A stretch of 64,000 bases of DNA from Epiperipatus broadwayi (GCA_028023455.1 JAQFVV010000001.1:19344001-19408000), one strand, 5' to 3'. Numbered from the stretch's first letter, positions 1-14,788 are shown. Notes: generated by a model from the letters alone, not told the origin. Numbers and translations are program-made.

Positions 1-488
1 TTAATTACTGATTGATTCAGACATGTTGTTTTATACTTAGAAAAGGAATAAATATAATTTAAATTTGCAGCATCATAATTAATGTCACTTAAATAGTCGA
101 CTTATTCTAATAATAAAACCTTATAAAGAGTAATTTATAATTTAAATTATTCTTCTGTTTATTACTCTTCTGATTCCCATTGATATTAAAATGTGTTTTA
201 AAAGAAACTGTTTGCTATTAGAATTATCTGCTATTAGTTCTCATGATTATTTAGAAATTGTTAAATTTCATTGCAAACATTTTCCAAGACATTCTATTAT
301 AAAACGTTAGCTTTGTGTCTACTCTGTCTTAATGAAGGACAGTGCGTGTTCCCATATAATTTCAAGAAAGATAGAAAAAGAATTTGAACCAAGAGATAAT
401 TTCTTTACCAAGAAAAGAACATTTAATTTCTTATATAAACAATGATTATTATAATAATGTATACATATATTTTTGATTTATTTAAAAC

Positions 489-857
<369 letters not shown>

Positions 858-1348
858 GTTTCAAAGAAAATAACTTTATTGATAACCATAGAGTTACATT
901 TTCTATAAGACACTTCGTATACATATATTTACATTGCTAGTGAGTAAACCAAGTTTAAGTTGGTATCTGTGATGTACAAAAAAGGAACTTAACTTAGGAG
1001 GGAAAGATATTTAAACATTGTTAGGGGGGGTGAAAATACATATGTATACGTTACATTTATGAGTGCTGCTTGCTGTAATCATAGTTCTCCAAAGTCTTGG
1101 GTTATCATTGTTCAATTTGCAAAACTTCAACTTTGATGTATATTGCCATGCTGGGTTTAGTTTCCTTTCCAGTATTTGAGGTCTGATTTTGTTGTTACTA
1201 TCCTTTATATTAATATTATGCAATCAAAGACAACATTCTGTTTTTTTATTTGTAGATAATTGCCACATTTTTTTTTATATATATATATTGGTTGAGGGCA
1301 TAGATTTTGGTTATTGGGAGCCATCTTAGAGGTTTGATTGTTGTGTTA

Positions 1349-2383
1349 TCAGTGACCAGGTTGCTGCATAGATGTCTGGATGTGCAATTTTATTGTCTCT
1401 GGCTCACGTAGTTTTCCCAGTTTGATATTGAAAGTTGATGGATGTCGCCTTGTGTTGTTACCTAGAGTGAATGTGCATCTAGTGCACCAGTATGCATAAA
1501 GCATAAAAGTGGCTGCATGGACTGATGGAATAGAGCCTTTGCAATATGAATTAATGATTGTTTGAAGGGTTGTGTTAGATTGTCTATATGCTCCTATCAT
1601 AATAACTCGAATTCTGTCTAGTGCCGGACAAAGATAGAATAGATGTTCCTGTGTTTCTTCAGCCCTGTGACACAGGGGACAAAAAGGATCAATGTTGGTG
1701 TATAGTCTCCGATATCTCAGAAAATATGTCGTGGGCAGTGCTTGTAGGTTTAGTCTCAGCAAGAAATCAAAATACTTTGGCTCCAGTGACCATTTTTTAA
1801 ACTTACGGAGTAATTGTAGATTATTGATTTTCAGCATTGTCAGATTGGTGTCATGGGTTGGATTTGGATGGATTAATGAATAAATTTGCCAGTATGAATG
1901 CTTGTATATTGTCTGAAGAGATATCTGTGGAGCTGTGATTTTTATATGATTGATCATTGATGCTAGTTGGTCATAAGCAGGGGGTGGTCTATCTGTTGGT
2001 GTTATTTGAAGTAGGCATTCAAGCATTGGAAAGTGTTTGACTGTGGATGTTATTAAGTTTGTGGCCTTCTGTAGATGGAAAATATAAATACTATGAAGTC
2101 CTAGTCCATTGTGAATAGGTGGTCTGGTAAGTTGTTTTGCAGATATTGACACAGTCTTCCTCTGCCACAAGAGCTTATTACAGAGAGAAGAGATTTTGTT
2201 AATAAAACCTTTAGAAAATGTGATAATGGGTGAGTAATAGGTGATTTTTGTTATGGCTAGCTGGTTAAATAGCTGGATCTTGGAGTATATTGAAAGATAT
2301 GCCTTTGAGAGAGAAGTAGTAATTCGCTCTGTTTCTTCTTTGAGTTTGTTCTGGATCTTGACCCTCATTGCACTTGCACTCAT
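1349..2383 (-). pseudogene. ORF2 C-terminal part: RT thumb region plus zf-RVT-type zinc finger
   Basis: 344-aa ORF with ITKITYY, PPIHNGLGL and DPFCPLCHRAEETQEHLFYLCP. Confidence 0.85.
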
Positions 2384-2399
2384 ATAAAAGGAAATCCCA

Positions 2400-3495
2400 A
2401 GAAAGCAGATGGCTTTCCCCCATACATGCCCGTGTACTGCTTTGCATTATAAAGAGACCAAACTGCCGTCTTATTTAGATTGACCCTGAGTTTGTGTGTA
2501 GCTGCAAATTCTTGTAGTATTGTATGCAAGGCTGGTAGGTGTTTTTAGATGGGAGGAAGACAGTTATATCATCCATATAAGCGATACATGTTACCTGCTG
2601 AGATGTGTTTGGTATTTGGATGCCAATGACTGTTTGCTGGATTTTTATTAATAGAGGGTTGATGTAAAAGGTGAAAAGTAAAGCACTCAGGGGGGATCCT
2701 TGTGAGATTGATTGTGTTGGAGTAAAAGATTCAGAATTTTTGCCACTGAGTGTAATATGTATATCCGATTTAACAACAAGTTGGTTATAACATATAAAAT
2801 AGTGTGAGGTATTGCAGTGGCAGCCAACATTTTAATTAATATCTCGATTGCCACAGAATCAAAAGCTGATTCAATGTCTATTTGAACTGCAACTGGGCTG
2901 TATTTTTCCAGCCTCGCATCGATCCCAATACAGCTTTGAAAAGAAGTACTGCCTGTCCTGTAGATGATTGCTTTCTTGCAAACTGATATGGTGAAATCAA
3001 TGGGAGCAGATATGATTCAATCCTGTCTTTAATGACTTTCTCAATGATCTTGATGGCTATTGGGCACATGGAGATAGGCCTAATATTATTAAGGGTGGTT
3101 ATTGGAGCTGGTTTCTTATTAAATGGTACTATTGCAATTGGATAAAGATTTTCAATGTTGTATATTTTTTGTGAGAGATAGTTTGCAAGATTACATAATA
3201 CTTGATTAGTTGTATGGCTAAGGTGTTCGTACACAAATTTTGGTATGCCATGAGTGCCTGGATGACAGGCATTGGGCAGAGTGGCAAGCTTCAAAGCAAA
3301 TTCATTAATGGTAAATGGTGTATTTGTTTCAGGTGATCCAAAATAATCGGGAGGTGGGTTGAAGAGTTGATGTGTCTGAAGATTCTGTTTGAAATGCTTA
3401 TAAATAGGTTCAATCATGTTATGTGCTGCATGTATAGTTGTTCCAATTTGAAGTGCCATAGGTACTCTAATGGTGGAGGAAAACCCATGGCCCAT
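2400..3495 (-). pseudogene. ORF2 reverse transcriptase domain (frameshifted)
   Basis: NIRPISMCPIAIKIIEK and PYQF in ORF 2878-3495. In shifted frames: QIDIESAFDSV (~2850-2885), SQG.PLS (~2685-2710) and CIAYMDDITV (~2563-2592). Confidence 0.9.
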
Positions 3496-3507
3496 CTGAT
3501 GTAGCCT

Positions 3508-4575
3508 CTAGTCCATGTATGTTGTTGACTGAGGCAGATTTTGCTTTTTTATTGCTAAATAGTCTTTAAGTGCTGCACATGTGCTGTTATATGCCTGGGT
3601 GAGCTTATATATATGCTGATATGTATTTTGAGTAGGTTTAGACATTGTTATCCTCTTGTGAAGTTCATCTGCCAGAGCTAATAGCCTGGAGGGTGGAGGT
3701 TTTTTTTTGGTGACATGGTCAATATTGAATGAAAGTATATTTATGTATGCCTGATATCTCTGCACAGCACTTAGTTGTAGTCCTGCAAGTTTATGGAGCA
3801 TAATATATGTTTCAGAAAAAAGGGATTCTGGAGTGGATGCTGGTATTAGAATTATCATTGTTTTCCCAAGTGGTAGTGTAGTTGGCTGAATTTCAGTTAG
3901 ATCAAGTGTTGCAGTTTGAGCAGAGTGATCTGAGAATGGGGATGGATTGAGCTTGAGGCTGAAGTAATGATGCAGCATTGGTGAATAGAAGCAAAGGTCA
4001 ATTAAAGATGTGTGTCGGTTATTATGGAATGTTACTGTGTTTGGTGGTAAAAAACCTTCAGCACTCATGAGTGGTATTGCAATTTGATGCAGCCATTTTG
4101 AGATGAAATCTGTGTACTTCATGTTAAAATCTCCCATGATGATAGTTGGGTAAGGAGTTGATGCTAGCAGTGAATTGATGGTGAGTATTATGTTTGATAT
4201 GATGACGTTTCCAGGTGGGATGTAGGTGAAAACTATGTTGAGAGTGTTTGCATGGTGATGAAATGTAGCTATCAACAAGTTTGCATCGATATATATGATT
4301 CTGAATGATGTGAATGGGCAAGCTGGGGTTATTAGTAGGCCAGTTCCACCTGCAGGTGATGACATGTCCCTGGAGCATGCAAAGAAGCCTTCAGTGCGAA
4401 GATGCACTGTTGGGTCAATCTGTGATCCACTATATATTTTTGTTTCCAGAAGTCCCAATATATGTGTCTGTGTGATTTTGGTCCATTCTCTAAGTTGATG
4501 CAGTTTGTTTGCCGAGTTCAAATCGGAAGAGCACATTAAAAGCTGTTATTTTGACTTTCATTATGGTTGTATTTT
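3508..4575 (-). pseudogene. ORF2 APE-type endonuclease domain
   Basis: MKVKITAFNV start (~4575), LGLLETK, GGTGLLI, IIMGDFN, SLIDLCF and FSDHSAQ motifs. A single in-frame TAG at 3508-3510 separates it from the RT frame. Confidence 0.9.
4522..4535 (+). other. Illumina TruSeq adapter remnant (ATCGGAAGAGCACA), assembly artefact
   Basis: 14-nt match to AGATCGGAAGAGCACACGTC. It lies exactly where the conserved NVRGLN motif of APE should be and causes a +4 frameshift. Confidence 0.75.
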
Positions 4576-4656
4576 GGGATTGTTCACATTTCAAAATATG
4601 TTAGTGACTGGTTTTCATTGTATGAGCTGTACATTGTTGGAGTTTTAATTGGTTGG

Positions 4657-6411
4657 TTAGATAGAAGTGATGTCCATTGGTGACCAGTCATCCGTTTGAA
4701 TTCTGGTTAATGATGATGCAGTGTTGTACTCTTCTGTTTGTGAGTTGTTGTCCTCTTCTGTTTTTGGTTTTTTATTGTTTTTGCTTCTTTTTGGGCGACC
4801 TGGCACCTTTTTTTCTATTGTATTTACTTCAACTTGTGGAAGGCATGGCATGATTGCTTCCATGATATATGTTGATGTGTTATTTTTTATTGTGTGTGTG
4901 ATGTTTGTTCTATTGGTACTTTGTGTTTCACTGTAATTGCTTTGTGATATTTCAGTTGGGTTAATATTTGAATCATTAAATTGCATTGTATGTTTTGACA
5001 GTTGCTTGTGTTATTTTGAATTGCTTGTGTGACATTTGGATTTAAGTGCTGCATTCTGTTTGGTTCATTTATACTGTTGTCTTGGTTTTTTGTAGTTTGA
5101 TCTTCTTTAGATGAAGAAGTTGTTTGCATCTGGTTATTCATATCTGAATTTATCTTGACTATGTTAGTGTGGCTGATATCTTCAGTTTGTGTGTGGTTGA
5201 GCTGATTATTTGTTTGCTGTGATTGTAGACTCTTTCTGTTATCACATTGTTTTTTCAGATGGTCGCTGTTTAGTTCATCTGTGTTTTTATTTTCCTCATT
5301 GGAATTTTGATTAATGCGAGGGAGTGAGAGTGTTTCTTCAGGTGGAGAAGTTGTTTGCATATTGTTGTACATATTTGGATTTATGCTATCATTATATATA
5401 TGGTTGCTGTCTTCAGTATGTGTTTGGATGGCCACTCCATTTGTTTTTTGCGATTGTGGATTCTTTTTGGTGTCACATTGCGTTGCCAAGTGGCCTCGGA
5501 AGAGCGTCGTGTAGGGAATGGGTTTAAGCCCTCTTTCCCTACACGACGCTCTTCATGGCTCCTGATCTGCAAATTGTGTAGGAATATTGTTTGGATCTAT
5601 TTCTGGATGCAATCTCAGCTTGAAGTCAAAGCTATTGCTGTATACAAGCACTGGCGTATCTTTCAGATAAATTGGGTTGAATGCTGTGACTTTTCCAAAT
5701 GGCTGCATCATTTTCTGAAAGATTTTGATGTCATATCCAAGGTATGCATTCTTGATTATGCCAGTAATCTGGTTATGTTGATCTGGATCTACTGCAATGA
5801 GTGCATAGTTGCCTAAAGTTTTAATGGTGGTTTGAAACCGGGTTTTTGGCTTTCTTGGTAAAATTCGAGGATTAAATACCGTGAGTTAGGATGGTCAGCA
5901 ATCCTTAGTATGCTATCCCAAAGTCCGTGTAGTGTTATTGCTTCATAAAGTAAATTTCTAGGAAATTTATATAGCGATAAATTTGCATCTGTAGCTGATA
6001 ATATTATTGAACGAGGAGAAAAAAATCTTTTGAAAAGACGTATGAAGGCCACGTGGGATCGTATTATTAAACTGTTCACATATTATTTTCAAATCCTCAT
6101 TATTCCACTGGGCGGTAGGGGGCATTGATTTTCTTGCGTTTGTATATCTAGCTGCAAAATATCATTAGTATTTATTTTTCGGAAGCGATGGAAAACTTTA
6201 TTTTTTCTAAAATTGGAACTTGATTGTGTTCTTTTTGTTGTAAATTATTTTTTTCCGAAGAGAAATTATTTTCCTGTAAATTATTTTTAGCTACGTTGGC
6301 ATATGTTTTTGCTTCACCTGTAATTTGCATAGGCTTGGATAGCATATTGGCGCCGTTCTGCTGGTCACATGACCGGGGTGTCGCCATTGTAATGCTTTTT
6401 ACGTTGAGCAA
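4657..6411 (-). pseudogene. ORF1 (gag-like) of the Tx1/L1-type element, fragmented
   Basis: ORF pieces at 6172-6411, 5813-6079, 4887-5489 and 4657-4986, upstream of APE. Zinc-knuckle remnant GHLATQC and a low-complexity N/Q/T-rich C-terminus. Confidence 0.65.
5496..5554. other. Two inverted Illumina TruSeq adapter remnants, assembly artefact
   Basis: TCGGAAGAGCGTCGTGTAGGGAA (5496-5518) and CTCTTTCCCTACACGACGCTCTTC (5531-5554) match the TruSeq adapter and its reverse complement. They translate as EERRVGKE and FPTRRSS. Confidence 0.97.
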
Positions 6412-6612
6412 CGAATATTATTTTTAACAAAACAATTCATAAAAATATCTATTTAGTTAAAATACAAATTAATCTGGATTGTCCAATACTTACTGTTTAT
6501 ATATATATAACTGCAAGTCAAAGATATGTTGGTTTTAGTGTTTTCTTTGGTTAAACTCCTAAGATCTCTGTAAACAACGATCCGTTAAAATCATCATTTG
6601 CTGCGAGACTTC

Positions 6613-6645
<33 letters not shown>
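6613..6645. repeat. (TAT)n microsatellite abutting the 5' end of LINE copy 1
   Basis: About 11 perfect units. Confidence 0.95.
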
Positions 6646-6646
<1 letters not shown>

Positions 6647-8139
6647 TAATTATGATATCATAAAAGATTGCAATCCGAGGTATAACAACCATTTGTATAT
6701 TATGAAAAGTATTTTATGAATGAAAGTATTATATACATCAGTATGTGTGTAAGAATTTAAAATAGTTTATAAAATAATGTGTTTCCATCATCATGCAATA
6801 ATAGTTTTATTGGTATACATATAATCTTAAACTGAGCGAATGAATTATATGCATTTTGTATGTAAAGGCAAAATAGATAATTATTCACATGTTTTTTATT
6901 ATTATTAGCTCCATGCCTTTTATTATTAATAATATCATTTTTGAGACAATTTTAAGTGAATATTATACTATTTTTATATATATTTAGCCCTTCTATAAAA
7001 GAGATTGTGGCTTATTCATTCATGGCACTGCCTGCATATAGTACTGGGTACTTGTTCATATTTTTGCAAATTCATATTTTTGCTAGTTCATATTTCCCTT
7101 ATTCATTATGTTTAGAATTTTAATATTAGAGTATATTTTGGTGTACATTCACAGGCAGGTTCAACTTTACAATTCATTATTAGCTCAGGACTATAATTTT
7201 TTTTAATTTAAAGTATGTTGTCAATATTGAGAATAGTTATTTCCTCACCCCAACATAGGTATTGTTAATGTTATAAGTGTCTCATATTGCATAATATTTA
7301 TTGCATATATTAATATCTATTAAGCATCTCCACACTGATTTTCATTATGGTGTTTGATTAAGAAAAGTGTATAATATCTCCTAGTAGTCTGGACAAAGGC
7401 GTAGGAGTATATTGTTTTACTTTTTTGGGTACTGTTTGGAAATGAAGATAGTATTTGATGAATGAGAGAACTATTGGGTACTGAATATTACTTATGTGAT
7501 AAAATTATAGAAATGGTTTTAAGAAAGGTACACAAATGTATAAAGTTGTTAATATTTGTAATTATTGTAAATAAATATTTTTATTATATGGATTATTATA
7601 TGTTGTAAATAAATATTTTTATCATTAATTAAATACATTTTTGTTTTGTTGCCATTATGACATCATTATGACATCATTGCATTAACTCATCTATTTATCA
7701 AAAAAATCTACTTTGCTCAATAATTATTTGATTATTTTACTTTCATTTCAAATTCACTTTTTAGTTGGCAGCATCAAAGATACTCTTACTGCCTTCTACA
7801 TAATTTTGATATTACTTATTCAAATTTGCATCAGAAAATATAAGATAACTGTATTTTATGGTCAGTAGAAGTGAAATAGTTATATATAATTAATTGTAAA
7901 GTATTTTAAAATGTTTGAAGTTACTAGTTATATATTACTTAAGTATTTGAGTACTCTGTTATTATGTAATTTTATTTGTATTTTCTTAAAAATACTAAGA
8001 TTTCAAAATAAATTAAATGAAGTGGCCAATGTTCCATGTCTAGCTTGAATAATAACCACTGTACTTTTTGTTAAAAATCTAAAGTACTACCATTAACATT
8101 TTGTTCTAAGAGCATTTTATTCTGAATTTGAACTCTGAG

Positions 8140-8410
8140 ATCAAGATATTTTAAACTTTTAAAAGAACCTATATTTCAGATAAATATATTAATAAAACAT
8201 AAAATATTTTAAATTAAAAAGAACCTACATCTGAGATAAATATATTTTTAAGATATAAGATGAGATATTTAAAATTGAAAAGAACCTGTATTTGAGATAA
8301 ATATATTTTTAAAGCATGAGATAAGATATTTAAAATCATCAAACATCCTATATTTGAGATAAAGATATTTTATGAACTAAGATAATGTATCTTGAATTAT
8401 AAAAGAACAT
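8140..8410. repeat. Degenerate minisatellite, ~58-62 bp unit, 4-5 copies
   Basis: The core AAAAGAACCT..ATTTGAGATAAATATATT recurs near 8161, 8217, 8278, 8340 and 8400. Confidence 0.7.
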
Positions 8411-10689
8411 TGTGTTTTAATAATTATATTTAGCCATGGTATTGTTTACAAGAGGACTCATATTCTTGGTGTTTTAAAAATTCATGTTATATGGTGCCTG
8501 TTTGTGTAATTTCTGATTGCTAATCATTTTCTTTTGTTTGGTCCATGTTCAACAACCGTTCAATTATTGGATTACATTATATATATATACAATTAATGTT
8601 GTTATACAAAGATCTATTTTATTTTATATTATATCACATTATTTATTTAAATATATGAAATAACAGTATAATGGATTAAACTTTTTTTCATTTTTGATGA
8701 TTGTTTATATTAATACATGTATTTTTATTACTTAGAGCACTTTGCCACTGCAAAAGGTATTAAAAAAGAAAATACATAAGTGTCTTTAAAAATTATTCAT
8801 GACAAAAATGTAAATAATTTTTATATTTTTAATATTTGTACAAAAATTACTATATAAATTTTGTAGTCCTGAGTTCACAATGAATGGAAAAATTGATCTT
8901 TGTGAATATAAATAACCATAACTTGTAGTAGCAGGTTAGTCAATTAAAAACTATATTAGTCCAATATATATGTTTTAAGAGTATTCTACTGACAGTAAAA
9001 ATAATAATTTATGGTCTAAATTAGTTATAGAAAATTATATTATTATTAAAGACATAATGCACACAAAAAAATCATACATTTTTAATTTGTGTAAAATTAA
9101 AAATATTGAAATCTTGTGATTTTCAAGTAATTAAAAATTGTAAAAACATGCTAAAAAGATCAAAAACATTTTGGAAAATGCATAGGTGGATGATTTTTGT
9201 TTAACAAATGAATAAAAAAAACAATTCAAAAAAATTATTTTATCTGTGATTTCAAAGAGAATTTAGTATTCACTAGACTAAATCAATCCACAGTTTAGGC
9301 ATTCAATCATTTTAGTATTTGCCACAGTAATTAGAATGATATTTACGACATTCATTGGCTGATTATAATAGCAAAACCCAAACTGCACCATTTCTTCTAC
9401 AGAAGAAAGGATGTCAGCAATCAATGTGAATATATTTTGGTGCCAAAAAGTACAAATTGTTATATAATTGTTTAGTGTATTCAAAATGAAAAGAGATCAA
9501 TGATTAGGATGTTATAAAATACATGCTAATGCCAAATTAAAATAAAAACATATTAAGAAAGACACTACTTATCTTAATAAATTTAAGCTAGAATTTGTCA
9601 ATGTTTTCAAAATACTATCAATACAAAATACAACACTACTTAAATTGCAAAAAGAAAAACAAACAAACAATTCAGCAAATAATATACTAATGAGAAAAAG
9701 CAATGTATGCAGAAAAGAAAAATATTATAATAGTTTAAATGAGATGCTTAGAATAACTGAGTAAATAGAATTATATAAACTAGTGAGAAATGAGTTAGTG
9801 GTAGATTACTATAAAACATTAAAGAATAAAAAATTTTAAGCCACAAAATATCATCTTAGTAATAAATTAAAATTATTTCAGTAATAAAAAGAAAAATTGG
9901 TATGATTATCAAAAAATGAGGATAATATTAAAAAGTGTATGCAAGAATTTTTATAGAAGAGGCTGTATAATAGGAAAAGCAAAATAAATCATACAATAAC
10001 TTCAATATGGCAAGTAAAAAATCTATTAAAAAAAATGAATATATTTTTTTAAAAACAAAACAAATACTTAAATAATAAAAATATACCAGATGACCGAAAA
10101 CATGCAATAATAATATGAATATGAAAAAAAAAAAAAAATTAAAAGATATTGAGATTTTTCTACTTATCAGTTTCTTATAAGTTATTACTATAAGTATTAT
10201 AATTTGTCACATTAGATTCAAGTCAATCATTAAACTAAATTGAAATTCCAAGTGGATTCTATCAATCTAGACTAGTACTAGTAGAAGTTATAGAAAAAAT
10301 AAAATTAACAAATATATCTTAGTATTTTGATTGGATTTCTAGATTTTGGAAAGGTATTTAACTTTATAATCTTGTTATCATGACACAGATGTAGATAATT
10401 ACCAATTTTTAAAGATTTCATGGTATTTGGACTATATTGTAACACTGCGGGGGAGATTTTATCTTTCCAAAACTTTTTGTAATAGTTTTATGGAATGTAT
10501 TCTGTAAATTAAATTGAAAAGTAAAGTGAATAAAAGTAAATAGAAATTGCTTAAAACGTTTGGAATTTGTAGCTGATTTGGTAATTTTTAAAAATAGTAA
10601 TTCAGAGATGCATAAATTATTGAATAAACTTCCAGATGAATGTAAAATAAATCAAAAATAAAAACCGGCCTCAGGGTGGCCTTTGAGCA

Positions 10690-10965
10690 TTACATCATCA
10701 GATTTTCAATTGGATGGATGGTTGAAGTGTTGGAGTGTGGAGTGGATTGAAGCCTGCCCATTAAAGCACGAAGATTGGCTATCTTAATATATATCTGAGC
10801 ACTTATTGCATATATGTGTGGAGGTGATAATCTGGACCAATTGATGATTGCTGGTTTAGCATGAAATACATATATTGGTGATCTTTTAGTCATATATGTG
10901 TTCGAGTGTATCCGTGGCATGAGATAGAGTGGAGAGTAGTGGGTCGTATGAAAGTCTGTGCTCAT
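10690..10965 (-). mobile_element. Decayed 3' fragment of a probable I-clade LINE; dispersed repeat
   Basis: Homologous to 40200-40520 (opposite strand) and 40680-40880. Frameshifted translation GYTR.TH.YMTKRSP.ICISC resembles the I-clade GHTRLTH..LM..PP.C..C terminal knuckle. Confidence 0.5.
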
Positions 10966-13239
10966 ATACCCTATATATTACATATATTGATACAGGTATA
11001 TAATAAGCCTGTATTTGTTAAAATAAATTTTCAATGAACTTCCGCGCACACGCACACACAAATCATTAGCGAAAAATTAGAAAATGTTAGCAATTATAAA
11101 TACTTTGATCAAATTATTAATATGTATAGAAATATCATAGATTAAATTAACCATAGAATTAATTTCAAATTGACTATAATATCCAAAGAAATTATGCCGT
11201 TAAACATGAAAAAAAAAAGTTTTTATTTTTTAAAATGTTTACACTATGGATTATTCAATGATATATGAAGAAGTGTCAAAAGAAAATAATTAAGCACCAC
11301 TATCACTATCGAAAAAATTAACAGCTGAATGGAATTGGATTGAACAAATGGCTAAAAAGATTATACTTTTCAAGTTCTACGCTAATGCTGAAAAAATATT
11401 AAAAGATCTAGAAAGAAACTATATGTGAGATTTAAGTAAGAGATAAAAAAGTTTTATGACGAGAAAATAAGAAGCTACAAACAGAAAAAAAAAATTGGAA
11501 TAATCTTAAAAAGATTGTTCTGCAGAGTATTATTGATTGCCATAAATAATGATGATAACTGAAAAGTTATTCAATAGATATTTTTTATAAGTAGATGTAT
11601 ATTAAAATAAAATTGTTTTTGCGAAACTGAAATGTTAGTCACATTTAAACAATTAATTCAAAACAAAGAGCAGTAGAAATGTATTTATTTTTATTAGTTA
11701 ACAACAAACCACTTAACGTTGTTCATTTATCCATACATAATTTAAATTAATTTATTACTATTTTCAACCACGTTGAACAAAACCGAAACAATGATTAATG
11801 TCTAAAAGTCGCAAACTTATCTTTTTGTTTACAAAATCTTTAAAAATTTGCCTCAGAGCCATGCTGCTTGTCAATAGTTACCCTCCCCCTTCTCGTAATA
11901 ATAATAAATTGAATTTTAAACCTAATAAAAGGAAAAAAGTACATTTGTCTATACAAATATGACACTGTTTGGACTTAAAAAGATTCATTTCATAAATAAT
12001 TTCGTATTAAAAATTATAATCATTAAATATGTTAAAAAAGTATAAAAGTATAAATTGGAATAATAAAACAGGTTTATTATTTTTAATACAGATCTTAGCT
12101 CCTAATTTAGTTCTTTTTATTCTTTTTTAAAGAACGTAAATCTTGAATGATTTTAATGTTGCGGGAGAATGCGAGACTTCAAGAGTTTAGTCAAAGTTCA
12201 TGGGTCAAAATTCAGTCCAGTATTTGTAATGCTCAAACGTTACATGATATCTCAAGAATTAGCCACTTTTTATATAAATAAATTGTTCTTACTTTTCGGA
12301 AGTAGAAAAATACCTCAACGTTTTTCGTTTCTTTACTTAATATTTATTATTTTCAACAAATATCAAACCGATCAAACAATAGTTGATAAAACAGTATGTC
12401 TATTAAGTACAAATTGCGGTTTTTAATTAACATTTTCCATTTTTTCTCATCACAAACGTTTTTTTTTTCACTATTTAATGGTATTAATTGCCTGTTGATT
12501 TTTTTCCATCTATTAACTTCATCGGTCTAACACTATCTTTTAACTAACTGTTCAATTGTTTTCCCCCCATTTATATTCATTTCAACTCAATACAATAAAC
12601 ATCTACCAATAATTATTTTTTAACATTGGTAATCACAAATACTGTCATTTCATACATAGCAGTTTTATTTTATATTCTTTCCTAATCTGTAATTTTGGAA
12701 ACCTATAATTTGGAAAACGGATTATTTAATCCCATATATATATATTTAATATTGTTTACATATTAATCCATATTTTTTTATGATTCTCAGCCACATGTTC
12801 CAATTAACTTTTTGTTATTGATTTTATCATATGTGCATTAGTCTTTTAAATAGTTTTTTTTTTTAATTAAAAAACATGTCTTAATTATTTTTTTGTATAT
12901 TCCAAGTACAAGTACCATTTATTCTATTTAATATAAAAGTAATTATTGTAATTTTTTTCTAATTTTTGTTGCATAATTTGCTTTTCTAGAGCATTTAATT
13001 ACTGAAGTAAGAAAATATGTTTTAGTATTCTAATCCAAACATCAATTGATTATTTTAGCTTACTATAGTGGACAAGAGCATTCTATGATAATGATTGCAT
13101 GAGATTTAATGTTAAGCTTACTTCTTTAAAAATTTTCTTATTATCCTTATTATGAGTATCTTCCATTTTAAGACTATTTATACTATTATATAGGGTTATT
13201 ATTATTAATTGTTATTATTATTATTACTATTAAGGCCTT

Positions 13240-13700
13240 GGCACCCCTCTCACACTTAATCGGTTTATCAACAATATAAAAAGATATTCTACCTCTAAAC
13301 CAAAGGTAACAAATAGTATACAAAATCTCATTCACCTATACTGACTGCCATGTTGTATATTATGGGGGAATCATGTACCAACATGTCCATCCAAACTGCA
13401 TAACACCAATACTTATATAACTATGCCAAAACTCAAACTGAGGCCAGATCAATTTTTTATAAACATGAATCCAGCTCTGGCCACACCTTTGAGCTTGCAT
13501 CTGCTAGTATGCTATGCTCTGAACACAATGATGCCAAATGCAAGGTGAAAGAGACCTAGCATATTGCCAGAAACAAATATCCAATTAATAAAAAAGATGC
13601 CTGCATCACTCTTTCGGAAAAATGACCAAATTAAACAACTAATTTGCCTTTCAAATATGCTAATTAATTATTTTCATCTCTTTAATAAGCCCACAATTTT
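13240..13700 (+). mobile_element. Possible decayed ORF1 relic of the Tx1/L1-type family
   Basis: ACACCAATACTTATA...CTCAAACTGAGG (~13404-13442) resembles the TPVLVY...FKLR segment of copy 1 ORF1. Otherwise heavily decayed. Confidence 0.25.
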
Positions 13701-13803
13701 CTTTCCATCATCAATGCCATGACTATGACTAACTGCACTAGACAAATTTTGCTAACTTTACACATTTAAAGCTTATCTTGCATATCTTTATGTATATACT
13801 CTG

Positions 13804-14710
<907 letters not shown>

Positions 14711-14788
14711 TTTTAAAGAATTTTATTTAGTAAACAAAGGTGACATTGATAGTTATATATACGTAAGGGGTAATCTAGTTTTTAAAGT

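Larger units (their letters stand above)
1268..6612 (-). mobile_element. Non-LTR retrotransposon, Tx1/L1-type, near full length (copy 1)
   Basis: Minus-strand order: ORF1 (4657-6411), APE endonuclease, RT, GLGL motif, C-terminal CPLC..ETQEHLFYLC zinc finger. A-run at 1268-1276 is a probable 3' tail. CpG-rich 5' region at 6000-6610. Clade assignment is inferred from this architecture. Confidence 0.85.

Noticed and set aside
5499-5554. Perfect 20-bp GC-rich hairpin that looks like a terminator, ribozyme or CRISPR repeat
   Set aside because: Both arms are Illumina TruSeq adapter sequence.
1692-5816. Plus-strand ORFs at 1692-1883, 4295-4498, 4721-4936, 5314-5527 and 5355-5816
   Set aside because: They are antisense shadows of the LINE ORFs with no independent motifs.
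7764-7860. Candidate host exon (AG...G/GTCAGT; GSIKDTLTAFYIILILLIQICIRKYKITVFY)
   Set aside because: Splice-like sites and a short open frame arise easily in AT-rich DNA; no recognisable protein or partner exons.
9500-10400. Possible highly decayed RTE-type ORF2 (SGFYQSRLVLVEVIEKIK near 10250-10310)
   Set aside because: Only a faint motif resemblance with many stops; cannot be supported without a profile search.
10660-10715. CTGATGA on the minus strand followed by a GGCC hairpin, a possible hammerhead
   Set aside because: No GAAA/NUH half of the core and no stem I; the same applies to CTGATGA near 30400, 44030, 47547 and 54664.
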